In this document: positions 36,488 to 48,254 of the stretch, piece by piece
How the letters are laid out: every line of letters begins with the position of its first letter
Numbering within the stretch: the first letter of the stretch is position 1
Source: Carcharhinus longimanus
Taxonomy: Eukaryota
Length of the DNA: 64,000 nt
Direction of reading: 5' to 3'
Assembly (NCBI GenBank): GCA_030264375.1
Contig: JASCQW010000072.1
Coordinates: 93,551,368-93,615,367 of the forward strand
The notes under the pieces: model-generated
The model's database searches: none
Told to the model about the DNA's origin: nothing
What the model saw: the letters and a program-made list of their open reading frames with translations, nothing else
Made by a program: the position numbers and the translations under genes

Positions 36488-37277
36488 GATAAGTGTGAGA
36501 TCTTGCATTTTGGAAAGTCAAATCAAGGTAGGACTTTCACAGTGAATGGTAGGACCCTAGGGAGTATTGTGGAACAGAGGGACCTTGGAGTTCAGGTGTC
36601 TGGTTCTTTAAAGGTGAAGCCACAGATAGATAGGGCAGTGAAGAAGGCCTTTGGCATGCTCGCCTTCATCAGTCAGGGCATTGAATTTAGAAATTGGAAA
36701 GTTACGTTGCAGTTGTACAGGACATTGGTGAGGCTGCACCTGGAGTATTGGATTCAGTTTTGGTCGCCTTGCTGTGGGAAAGACGTTATTGAACTGGAGA
36801 GAGTGCAGAAGAGATTTACAAGGATATTGCCTGGATTCAGGGGACTGAGTTATAGGAAGAGATTGGACAAGCTAGGACATTTTTCTTTAGAGCATAGGAT
36901 ACTAAGGGTTGATCTCATAGAGATGTATAAGATCATGGGAGGCATAGATAGGGTGAATGCACATAGTCTTCTCCCCAGGATTGGGGAATCAAGAACTTGA
37001 TGGCATAGGTTTAAGTTAAGAGGGGAAAGAATTAATGGGAACCTGAGGAGCAACTTTTTTTTTTACACAGAGGGTGGTACTTATGTGAAATGAACTGCCA
37101 GAGGAAGTAGTTGAGGCAGGGACATTGACAACATTTAAAAGGCATTTGGACAGATATATAGCTAGGAAAGGTTTAGAGGGATAGGGGCCGAATGGGGTTA
37201 GCTTAGATGGGCATTTTGGTCGCCATTACCAGTTTGGGCCGAAGGGCCTGTCTCCGTGCTGTAGAGAGAGATTCTAT
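36488..37277 (+). mobile_element. CR1/HER1 LINE ORF2 C-terminus and 3' UTR
   Basis: HFGKSNQGRTFTVNGRTLGSIVEQRDLGVQV...QFWSPCCGKDVIELERVQKRFTRILPG; tail gggccgaagggcctgtctccgtgctgtag. Confidence 0.95.
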
Positions 37278-39086
37278 GAAATGGATGTATAGGAAATTCA
37301 AGTCACATATTTTTTACGAAACAGATGACCTGCTAATTCCTAATAAGAGTAAGTGGCAGAATCTGTCCTACTTTAGTTTTGGTCCCTGTACAGTTAAAGG
37401 GTGCATGTGGTTAAAATATGCCCTATTTGCATTGTACTGAAAATGCTATACTTTATTAAAATAGTGAATAGAGGAATTTGATCTGAACATATATTCAGAC
37501 GTTATTATTACACATTGTAATTTCCAGACTAATGTATTCCAGCTTTATATTCTGGCTGTATAAGCATGATCCTAGGATATTCATTTTCCATTTAGGATTT
37601 AAAATCTGATTATAACAAAAGCTATTAAAATGGATTTCAGCTAGCCTAAACGAGTGCATTAGCTAAATTTTAGGTGTGTAACATATATTGCACACTGAAA
37701 CTTCACTGGGTTTGTTATTTCTGAATTAGTATTATTTTACTGACAAACAAAGCGATTATTAACTGTTATTCGAGTAACTAAGTCAGTCCGTTAGCAATCT
37801 GACATTTTTGTTTGACTTGGAAAAATTTCCATTCTTTTGTTATTTGTTTACACTGTCGTAACTATGGCAACTCAAGAAAATGAAGCTTTTGTATTTCAAA
37901 TACAAGGGCTTTAGTCATCACAGAGAGAGGCAGCTTACTGTACATGCCTTGATTTATTCATGGCCGACAGGGTTCCCAAGCATCAAGAAAATTATTGTAG
38001 AGTGCTTAAAAGAAACCAGTATACCAAACTTAAACATGTCCCTAAACATGCCCCTTATTGCCTGTGACAGAATAGCAATTTTAATGAAAATTTGCTAAGT
38101 TCGCATTCTTTGGATCGGATGAATTTGTTTTATGAAACAAAATGGAATTTCATTACTTTTGTCCCCTTGCACTGAAATGGATAAGGGTAGAATGGGACTT
38201 CTCGTTAAATGGGAATTAAAATGGAAAACACTGGACTATTCTTTGGAAAGGGTTCAGAATTAAGCAGCTCCTAAAATAGCCATGCTGGACTGTACATGCC
38301 GAGGTTGATCCACCCACCTTGTGCCCCGCTGTCTCTTGCAGGGGCTGTTCAGTTAACTGTGCCAGGCTGCAGCTTCATCCTTGCATTTAAGTAGAGGGAA
38401 CCAGGATGTATGTAGGACCTTGATGTAATTTTGAAAGCCAGAAGGGCAGACTTGCATGATTCACACTTCATCCGTTTGTATTGGGAGGCGAGGCAAAAAC
38501 AAATAGCCCATACTGTTCAGTTCAATGTTCTGTTTGTGGACCAAAAGAAGGGGGCATGCTTTTACAATTTCCAGAAGAGGGGTTAATTCCCCACCCCTCT
38601 CCCTCAAACTTCTCTCAATCCCTTGCTTGCCTGTTTGGTTGTGTAACACTGTGCTGGCCCAGAGCCTGCAATTGGGACACTTGTTCAGAAACATGAAGTT
38701 CCCCAGCAGCATTGTGATAAGCCTTTCCAGTGATTCAGGCCACTTGCTGGCAGGAACAGGCCAGTTTCTATCTTGGTTCTACCAGTCTCTCTGTTGGGGA
38801 GGCGTAATTAATGTTAGTTCAATAATGGCTATAGATTGTTGGTGCGTATGTTAACCTATTCTCAATGCAACACACAACAGAAAGATAACAATGAGAATGG
38901 AGTAGAATTCTTCTTTACAATTCATCTGAGAAGTTTGTGGACTGAAGAACACTGTGACACATGTTTTGAAACTCTTGATTTTTCCGTAAGTTTGAGTAAT
39001 TTGAAAGATTGATCCGTGTGTGCATCATGTTCAGGTACACTGTCAGTGAGTCAACATTGGCTGAAAGTCTCTAGCCATTCACACCA

Positions 39087-39168
39087 ACGGGATTCTCCAG
39101 TCCTGCCACAGTGATCCCCACCCATGGGTTTCGCTGTGGCATGAGGTGTCATCAATGGGGATTCTCCT
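39087..39168. mobile_element. Left half of a MITE (right half ~40828-40919)
   Basis: cgggattctccagtcc start pairs with ggccagagagtctcgccc end; internal catgggtttc / gaaacccac. Confidence 0.55.
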
Positions 39169-39169
39169 T

Positions 39170-39262
39170 AATAGCCCACCAACGTCTATACTTCCTCAGA
39201 AGACGAAGGAAATTTGGCATGTCAGCTACGACTTTCACCAACTTTTACAGATGCACCATAGC
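39170..39262 (+). mobile_element. Rex1/Babar-type LINE fragment
   Basis: AHQRLYFLRRRRKFGMSATTFTNFYRCTI. Confidence 0.9.
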
Positions 39263-39362
39263 NNNNNNNNNNNNNNNNNNNNNNNNNNNNNNNNNNNNNN
39301 NNNNNNNNNNNNNNNNNNNNNNNNNNNNNNNNNNNNNNNNNNNNNNNNNNNNNNNNNNNNNN

Positions 39363-39725
39363 CCTTAGTGTCCAAAGATGTGCAGGTTAGGTGGATTGGC
39401 CATGCTAAATTGCCCCTTAGTGTCCAAAGATGTGCAGGTGAGGTGTATTAGCCATGCTAAATTGCCCCTTAGTGTCCAAAGATGTGCAGGTTAGGTGGAT
39501 TGGCCATGCTTTATTGTCCTTTAGTGTCCAAAGATGTGTAGGTTAGGCAGATTGGCCATGCTAAATTGTCCCTTAGTGTCAAAAGATGTGCAGGTTGGAT
39601 GGATTGGCCATGCTAAATTGTCCCTTAGTGTCAAAAGATCTGTAGGTTAGGTGGATTAGCCAATCTAAATTGTCCCTTAGTGTGCAAAGATATGCAGATT
39701 AGTGGAATGGCTATGCTAAATTGCC
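39363..39725 (+). repeat. Tandem array, 7 x 52 bp, of the V-SINE core
   Basis: Unit ccttagtgtccaaagatgtgcaggttaggtggattggccatgctaaattgcc; followed by HE1 tail to ~39853. Confidence 0.95.
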
Positions 39726-40274
39726 AGTCATTGTTAGGGGGGGTACTGAGAGTAAATGGGTGGGGTTATGGGGATCGCGCCTGGATGGGACTGTTGCCAG
39801 TGCAGGCCTGATGGGCTGAATGGCTTCCATCTGCCCTGTAGGCATTCCATGACCCATTCGGAAAGAAAAGCATTGGCTTTCAAGGGTGAACTTGTCAGCA
39901 AATGGGATCCAGGGTTATGGGACCACAGGGTTGGATGGGATGAAGGTTCTCGGTGCCTGAAGATGGTATAATGTCACTCTCACCTGGAAGACTGTGACAG
40001 CAAATGGTTAAAAAGAGAAATCAATGTCTGAAACTCAACGGTTGATGAATTGACGGAGACAGTTTATAGTGGAGGAAATATCAATATTTTAGTGTCTCAT
40101 TGGGTTTGCGGTTTGGAATAAAGGCTCTTGGAGTTGTCTCTTCTCCAGGTTCTGCTCTGCAGTGAGAACATGTGCAAATGTATGAGATTCTCCTGTAAAT
40201 CATTTGGCTGGAAACCCTCTCCAGTTCACCGTCACTCTGCTTTTCAGTTGCATAAGGTATTCCCAGTGTGGCAT

Positions 40275-40442
40275 TGGGTGGCACAGCGGTGAGCACCGCT
40301 GCTTCACAGCGCCAGGGTCCCGGGTTCGAATCCCGGCTTGGGTCACTGTCTGTGTGGAACCAGCACGTTCTCCCCGTGTCTGCGTGGGTTTCCCCAGCTT
40401 CTCCCACAGTCCAAAAGACGTGCTGGTTAGGTGCATTGGCCA
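40275..40442 (+). mobile_element. V-SINE 5' half
   Basis: Head and core ending at ggtgcattggcca. Confidence 0.9.
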
Positions 40443-40825
40443 CGCAAACCAGCCTCCCATCCATTGACTCTGTCTACACTTCCCACTGCCTCGGAAAAGC
40501 AGCCAGAATAATTAAGGATCCCCACCCGCCCTGGGCATTCTCCCTTCCACCTTCTTCCGTCGGAGAAAAGGATACAAAAGTCTGAGGTCACGTACCAACC
40601 GACTCAAGAACAGCTTCTTCCCTGCTGTTGTCAGACTTTTGAATGGACCTACCTTGCATTAAGTTGATCTTTCTCTACACCCCTTAAGCTATGACTGTGA
40701 CACTACATTCTGCACCCTCTTGTTTCCTTCTCTATGAATGATATGCTTTGTCTGTTTTGTACACAAGAAACAATACTTTTGACTGAATGTTAATACATGT
40801 GACAATAATAAATCAAATCAATCAA
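40441..40825 (+). mobile_element. Rex1/Babar-type LINE 3' end
   Basis: TQTSLPSIDSVYTSHCLGKAARIIKDP...SRTNRLKNSFFPAVVRLLNG; ends aataaatcaaatcaatca. Confidence 0.9.
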
Positions 40826-40979
40826 AAGTGGTGAAACCAGAGAATTCCGCTGATAGCAAACAGCATTCCACCTTTCACCACCGGGAAACCCACAGCTGGG
40901 AGGCCAGAGAGTCTCGCCCATTATATGAATTGAAAAAATAGCACAGAAGACAGATTTGGGGACGATCCTAACAATCAGG

Positions 40980-42795
40980 ACCAGTATGATTACAAAGAAG
41001 GTGAATAAAGTTGAGAGATAAGGATATTGCTTTCATAACCATGATGGGATCAGATGCTTTTGATCCAGTTTTTAACCACGGTTGTCTGAAGAAGTCCAGT
41101 TTAACAAAATATATCAAGACTAATGAAATTCTGGTCTCAAATTATGGAACGACTAGGAATGGAATTGCACTGAGAGTTATGTTCCAATTATGTTCTAATT
41201 GCCAAGTTAGACTCAAGCAGATTGCATTTTAAAATTAAAGGAATTCTCTCACCGCTATAAGTATGGTACAAATATAGAAGGCATACTTGCAGGATTCCTA
41301 AAGCAATCTAACCTAGGTTGAGCTTTTTGAGCAAAGGCAATAAGTTGATGTGGAAGGACGCTTGCAATATGGCCATGGAAATGGTAGAAAGGGATCATTG
41401 CAAATTGCAAGGGAGTTCTTTTCCTGAACTGGCCAGGGAAGTCCACTGGATTTCAGCCAGGTTCATGTTACACCCACCAAGTTCACAGTCTCAGAGTCAG
41501 AGGTTTAGATGTTATCATTTTCCTGGTAGCCACCAGCTATCTAAATGTCCCCATTCTGGTCAAAGTTCTAAATCTGGAGGAAAATTAGTCATATCTAGGC
41601 AGCATGCAGAAATAAAGGAAGCAGTGACGTGAAAGTCATGTGAAAGCCCTAGATCACAACAACGCATCAGGTCTAGGCCCTGATAAATCTAAAGCTGGTT
41701 TGGTAGATTCAGTAAATCATCAAATGAATGTATGATGGATACAGAAGTTATTGAGCAGGAAGATCAGATGTTCAGTGAAAGAGCACCAAAACCAGAACAT
41801 GGAAGATGAGAACAAAGGGGCTGTAGATAAAATTCCAGAGCAGAAATGAAAGTTGGCAATTCATAACTTACTTTCATCATGACTACAGCTGCAGACAGTT
41901 ATCTCGGAAAGAGAGTGCAGACGTTCCTAAGTCACATTTCCTTATGAAGAACTGTTGTGAAGCTAACTAGTTATTCCAAAAACAGTGTCCCAGTGGGAGA
42001 TGAAGTTAGTGTTCGAGTTCAGTCATTGTGCATATTTAAAGCAGAAGTTGATAGATTACTGATTAACAATAACATCAAGGATTATGGGAAATAAATAGAG
42101 ATCACGGGTGTCCGATTAGCCATGATAGTATTCAGTAGTGGAGCAGAGTGAATGGGCTGAATGACTTACTCTTATTCCAATGTTCCTAAGATGATAATGG
42201 ATCCAGGTGCTTGCCACTGATAGTAGGAAGAGGGAACAAAGTCTCCCCGATAAAAATAAATTGGCTGAACAAAATATGGTTAAACTGGGTAGAATTATTT
42301 GCAGGCGGGATCAGTAAGAGTACATCTGACATCAAGTAAAGTTAAAGTAAAGTTTACTTATTAGTCACAAGCAGGCTTACATTAACACTGCAATGCAGTT
42401 ACTGTGACATTGAGAAAGTGTTGAGAAAGCACAAAGTGCTGTTTGAGCGTGGAAAACCAAATCATGAAATTCGACATTGCAAGCCTGAAGGATAATCTAT
42501 TGCTGATCTTTTGCAAGGCTAGGACAGTGCCTGATACACCGTTGGACTCAATAGTTAAAGAGCAGGATGGATTAGAAAGAACATTGATTAAACACAAGTA
42601 AACCATGGCAATCAGCATATGTCATTTTCTTCGAAGTGGAAGGATAAGAGTACCTTGCTTTGATCAATAGCAAGTGGATAAATGTTCAATCTTTGCCCAA
42701 TGATACAAGTGATAAACATACTGAGGTTTTGAAAAATTGGTTTGCAATTCAAGGGTTGCCGGGAGTGTTGGTGTCAGATAATGGTCCATTATGTC
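40980..42795 (+). mobile_element. Decayed Gypsy LTR-retrotransposon gag-pro-pol internal region
   Basis: gag-like KDACNMAMEMVERD and RCYHFPGSHQLSKCP...ISHI*AAC knuckle; LPLIVGRG..NWLNKIWLNW; FCKARTVP; integrase SKWINVQSL..VLKNWFAIQGLPGVLVSDNGP; carries CR1-tail (~42030-42190) and SINE-tail (~42340-42408) inserts. Confidence 0.85.
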
Positions 42796-43146
42796 AGAAT
42801 TTGGAGGGCTCTTTCCTTGAATTGAGTGAGGATTTTCAGTTCGGGCAGCCTCCATCTGTCTGTGCTCTCCCCTTTTTATTGTGAGCTAACCTGTCCTGCA
42901 ATTAGGCAAATGGGGAGCGTGTAAGCATGATGTGTGCCAGGTCAGATGGTGAGGGTACCTGGCATATGTGGTTGGTGAGTGGGAGATGGGATGTGACGAG
43001 GAGAGGAAATACAGGGAGGATAAGATAAGGAAGTGTGTAGGAGGGCAAATGGTAGGGTGCCATGAGGTGGTAGTGAGGAAGCTCCCAGCAGTAGAGTAAT
43101 GGGTGTGTGACTGGATGGGTGTTGAGGAGTGGGAAGAGAGACTTAA

Positions 43147-43319
43147 CCTAGCTGCATGAAGGAGGTGATTCATCTGCTTCCTGCACTGAATGCCCATCCT
43201 GTTGTGCAGGGTCTTCTGTCCGCCTGAGGGTAAATGAGGTCCTGCTTCTGCTCCACCCCATCTAGCAGCCTAGTCAGTGCTTCTTTCGAGAACCTTGATG
43301 CTGTTTTTCTCACAGCCAT
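43147..43319 (-). pseudogene. PIF/Harbinger Myb/SANT-like exon relic (element ~42795-43585)
   Basis: MAVRKTASRFSKEALTRLLDGVEQKQDLIYPQADRRP../MGIQCRKQMNHLLHAAR with internal deletion and frameshift. Confidence 0.75.
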
Positions 43320-44545
43320 CCTCCTGGACTTGGAGGTGGTGCTGGGTCAGTCCTGGGGAGACAATTAAATGGTGCACCTCCCTGACTGAAGAGCTCAAGT
43401 GATTGGGGAGTTAGGTGGTGGGGGGAACGTGAGATGAGTGTTGGCATGCCAAAGGCATGAAACACATGCAAATTTTTTCTTTTATCTGAAAATGTGGTGA
43501 GATATCTCGCCAACATGGCCAGCAAGTTACTCTCCACTTCTCACACCTAACCGACACATAGCCAAAGTAATGGAACCTTCTGCCCATAGTATGTGTTTAA
43601 CTACAGAATGAGGCTGGATTATTGTGCATGATATCAAGAATAAATATACTGAAATTACGTTCTATGAATATTAGCATATGCATTTGGGCGCAATTTGTTT
43701 ATTTGCTAATTCTCGAGATGAATAGCCTAATCTTTGTTAAAATTACAACGCAGAGCAATTCCATACTGAGTACTGATGCAAAGCAAGTGTAATTTCCAAT
43801 CCATAACGCAGATCCTTTAAGTGGGTTAATGCCTATTTAAACAGTGGCTAAAGATTTTCCATATGAACATGAAAAATATTCACATGCTAATTGCATAATG
43901 AAAGCATCATTGAGAGACCACTAATGATTTTCTGCATGTTAGAAGTAACCTCTAGTTCATTGCATGGCCTCAGCACATTTTAACTCAGCATTGCACTGGG
44001 AGAATCTATGTACCAACTCCCTTAAAAATGTATGCAGCACACATAAGGCTTTTCTTGCAACACTGGAAGATATTTCTTCCTGTGGTGTATCTGTTTAACC
44101 TTCTCAGCACCACGACTGTTTAATTCAGTGTGTTCTTACTGGACATATGAATTTTTCTGATATGTTCAGGAGGACCCAGTATTCATCCATTTTTCTTTCT
44201 TTGTGATATACACAAAGAAAATTAAGAATTCAGCACAGAATTCCAAGTTAACAGTAGTTGAATCATCCTAGTCCAAGACTCACTGGTGCAACAGTAGAGT
44301 TTCAAAAAACTAAATCATACAATGATATCAATCAAAGCAAGCCTAAGATTGCCCTGGTATGAACTAGCCCACCTCTGGGCTGGGGGGCTCTGCGCAAATC
44401 AGTTAACAAGCATACACTTGTGCTGGGGGCTCAAGTTACCATGAAAACTTAAACTGCCACTAAAACCACAGGCAATAGAATCTGCTCAGTGCAAGTCAAA
44501 CATAATGCATCACATTTGTGTCAACTCTATAATCAGCTGTACAGA

Positions 44546-44835
44546 GTGGCATGGTGACGCAGTGGTTAGCACTGCTGCCTTACAGAGCCAGGGACCGGAG
44601 TTTGATTCCCGGCTTGGGTCACTGTCTAGGCAGATTCTGAATGTTCACCCCTTGCCTGCGTGGGTTTCCTCCAGGTGCTCCCTACAACTCAAAAAGATGT
44701 GCTTGTTATTGGTCATGCTAAATTCTTCTTCAGTGTACCCAAACAGGCGCCGGAGTATGACGACTAGGGGATTTTCACAGTAACTTCATTGCAGTGTTAA
44801 TGTATGCCTACTTGTAACACTAATAAATAAACATT
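44546..44835 (+). mobile_element. V-SINE, tail type A
   Basis: Full copy. Confidence 0.9.
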
Positions 44836-45024
44836 AAAAACTTAANNNNNNNNNNNNNNNNNNNNNNNNNNNNNNNNNNNNNNNNNNNNNNNNNNNNNNN
44901 NNNNNNNNNNNNNNNNNNNNNNNNNNNNNNNNNNNNNNNNNNNNNNNNNNNNNNNNNNNNNNNNNNNNNNNNNNNNNNNNNNNNNNNNNNNNNNNNNNNN
45001 NNNNNNNNNNNNNNNNNNNNNNNN

Positions 45025-45320
45025 NCCACTTCAACAGGCAGAGAATTCCAGAGATTCACCACCCTTTGAGTGAAGAAGTTCCTCCTCAACTCTGTTCTAA
45101 ACCGTCTCCCCTTTATCTTGAGGCTGTGCCCCCTAGTCCTACTCCTCCTGCAATGTGTCCAGTCCCCCTCAATATTGACTGTGCAATTTAGAAATCATGT
45201 TTTGATTGCCTAAATTGTTAATGTAAACTGTGAACATCAGTGGTCCCAGCACTGATCCTTGTGGAAATGCACTTTCTGTCTTCTGCTATTCCGAACAGTT
45301 ATCTTTCATCCCACTCTCTG
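45025..45320 (-). mobile_element. CR1 LINE fragments
   Basis: RRNFFTQRVVNLWNSLP; also FPQGSVLGPL at ~45240-45265. Confidence 0.85.
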
Positions 45321-45596
45321 TCCTGAAACCAGCGAGTAATCCAGCTCTTTTTGTTGAAAAAAACAATTAAGTTAAATTAAGCAAACTAAGGGACAAAATA
45401 AAAGGGGCAGCCCCTTAAAGGGACATTGCCCTAAGCAACAGTAGATCACAAGTTAAACTTAAAGCATCAGATTCATTCTGCCATTTTTCCCCTGCTTGTC
45501 CACATTCTAATTATCACATTAATGCGGCACGTTGTTGGTCTTTGATTGATAACAATCCTGTGAATTGCCTTGGGATCTTTTTACCGTTAAAGGCAA

Positions 45597-46390
45597 GGGG
45601 TGAAATCTTGCCTAAAAGCAGAAGAGCATTGGTTCTGGCGAGAAAAACAGCGTGTTTCTCTCCAGAGAAACAGGCTGGTTTGCTCTCCAGATCTTACAAC
45701 ACTGTCAAAAAAACTCCGTCATGCAGCGGCTAGGGCCTCAGCACACCGGCAAAGCCTGGCTGCACTGATATCAGGGTGCCATGTTTAAAGGGTGCCACCA
45801 TCATCCCATCATGGAGGTCTCAGGGGTTCCCAGCACCCACCTCAATATTGAAGCCAGCATTCACCCCCCCCCCACACCACTTTTTCCCTCACCTCCTCTA
45901 CTCCCCGATTGGAGCTGGTATTCACAACTTGCTTCTACTGCTCCTGTATCTCCCAGTTTTGGGAAAAGAAGAACATAAATTCCTGCCTGGAATGTAGCGT
46001 GGATTTTCCAGCAAGAAACCTCAGGATAAATCGACCCTTCGCGAATCTGGCTGAAAGAGCTCAAAAATTAAATCTGAGTCTGAAAACCAAGCTAACAAAA
46101 GCAGTCAGTGCGGGCAACCACCCTCCCCCCCCCACTCCCCAACTTCCACACCACCCCCTTCCCTCACCTCCAGCAGTCAGTGCAGGAAATCCTCCACCTC
46201 CCTTCCAACCGACCATCCTAACCCTTTCCCTCTCTTCCAGCAATCAGTGTGGGCACTCCCCCACCCCCTTTTCCCTCTAACCATCGACCCCCCCCCAATT
46301 AGTGCAGGCACCCTCCACCCCAGTGGAGATTCTCAACTTTCAGGTTTCGCCCGAATATTGAGGCCCGGCCAGCACTCTAGCGATATTGTG
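45597..46390. mobile_element. Non-autonomous Harbinger-like element(s)
   Basis: ggggtgaaatcttgcc start, C-rich repeated cagtgcaggcac units, related to 13262-14055. Confidence 0.5.
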
Positions 46391-47239
46391 GACTCAAGAT
46401 CCCGCCCACTATATATGTTTAAGCTGTTGTTAAATGCGGTGAGATTGAGATTTTATGGACAAGGAACTGAGCAATGCTCTGCAGCCCAATGGTATTGCAG
46501 GGAGGGAGGGCTTTACAGACCAAGAGCAGGTTTGTATAATGGGATTTGTAGAAATCACCTCACCACAGACCAGACTTGACCAATTCCTTACAGTTCCACA
46601 TGTAAATTTTCAGGATATAGCAGAAGCAGCACAAAAAGTAAAATTTTCTGCACCGTTTTTTCAACTTGTGGTCGCAGGGAGGGATCTGGGAACACTGGAG
46701 TTGCTTCAAGTCAGTGTGATCAAGACGATTTGTTTGATGTTTATATCTGAAAATGGAGAATTCTAGTCATGGCAGAGAATGCTGAAAACATACACAGGTT
46801 GGTCAGCATCTATAACAAGAAATAAAACAGAGTGCAGCATTTCAGAGGTTTCGAGGGACTAGCATTTGTGGAGCCAGCAGGAGAACTCTATGCTCTCCCT
46901 TGAATTGGAATCATGGATGAACAAGGTTGGAAGGCTAAAATATCGCACAGGATTTGAATTGCTTCTTGCAAGTGCCACAGAACTTTAGCATCAAACATGA
47001 CATCTCACTAGTGTTTTGAGCCTTTGCTCAAATGATACACGCTTCATTCCTTTTTTTGCCTCTCGCAAGATGGAAGGAGAAGTTTATTTAGCATTGATTT
47101 GTACCTGTATTTCAGAGGACAAATGACACTGAAGAGTGCCCAACAGTTTTGATGATGATCTGCTCAGGAACCTGGTTTAATGGAATTTTCATTGCTATCA
47201 GTTAACCTAGAGCTCCGCCAGGTTTGTGACCATTGAGGA

Positions 47240-47505
47240 GTTTCTTTGAGAAGCAATGTGTAAGGGTACGGGGAAAAGGCAGGAGAATGGCACAAAGTCA
47301 GAGGGCAGAATTTTCCCGTCCCACCCGCCACGGGAATTGTTGCAGGTGGGATACATTCCATGCAAATGTCCATTGACCTCGAATGGGATTTTCCGACCTC
47401 GGGGCGAGCACGGCCGGAAAATCCTGCCCATAATGTTCATTTGGAGAGCTGGTGCAGACAGGATCAGCCAAATGACCTCCTTTTGCACTGTAACAACTTT
47501 GTGAT
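47240..47505 (+). mobile_element. CR1/HER1 tail with MITE insertion (47303-47429)
   Basis: gggcagaattttcc...ggaaaatcctgccc inside aagtc(ata)atgttcatttggagagctggtgcagac. Confidence 0.85.
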
Positions 47506-48254
47506 TCATAGCAATCCATCCTGGACACCTTAACAGATCTACTTCCAAGAATTAGGACTCCAGTATCACTGCCTTAATCTATCTACCTCTTGAAACTTGC
47601 AACGTGAGAGAACTATTTTTTTTCTTCCATGACCTTCCAGGTCAAATGCTTTAAAATGGATAAATGTACCCCAGCTGCCCCTGCTTTATTGTAGGTAACC
47701 CTTGGTATGTGGAGGAGAACAGACAATGAAGTAAAGAGATAGATTGCTTGTCCTGCAAAGATTAATCATCATTTTCTGTGTGTAAATCTCCTACACATAC
47801 CTACATCCTATTCTTCTCTCCTCCAGTTCAGAGCCAGGGAGTGGAGTAACTGGTAACAGATGTTATGTCGAATTTCTTGTTAATAAAGTAACCAATACTC
47901 CAGATAGGGCATGCATTCTTCATTGTGTTGTTTTAGTACTCATATCATTAAGTGGTATATAACTCTTAGCTCAATTTTCAATATATAAATCTGTAATAAC
48001 CTGTGTCTGAAGCTTTCAGGTTCAATTTAAGAGATGCTGTTTGTTGCAAATCATTTTGTTTTCATACTAGTTATTTGAGAATGGGACTGTGTACCTGTTC
48101 TATCACAGTTTAAGTACTTCATTGTTTCTGATGAATTGACATTCAGAATCCACATAGCACTGCATTGAATCAGTATGGCTTAGAGTGCTAATCAAATGCA
48201 AACTGGAAGGCAGATGTAAAATATTGTAAAACAATCAAAAATACTGTGCTATTC

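Noticed and set aside
36503-37000. 165-aa ORF as a host gene
   Set aside because: CR1 ORF2 C-terminal fragment, 5'-truncated with a premature stop
39363-39725. CRISPR-like array
   Set aside because: Units abut with no unique spacers, derive from a SINE core, and the DNA is vertebrate
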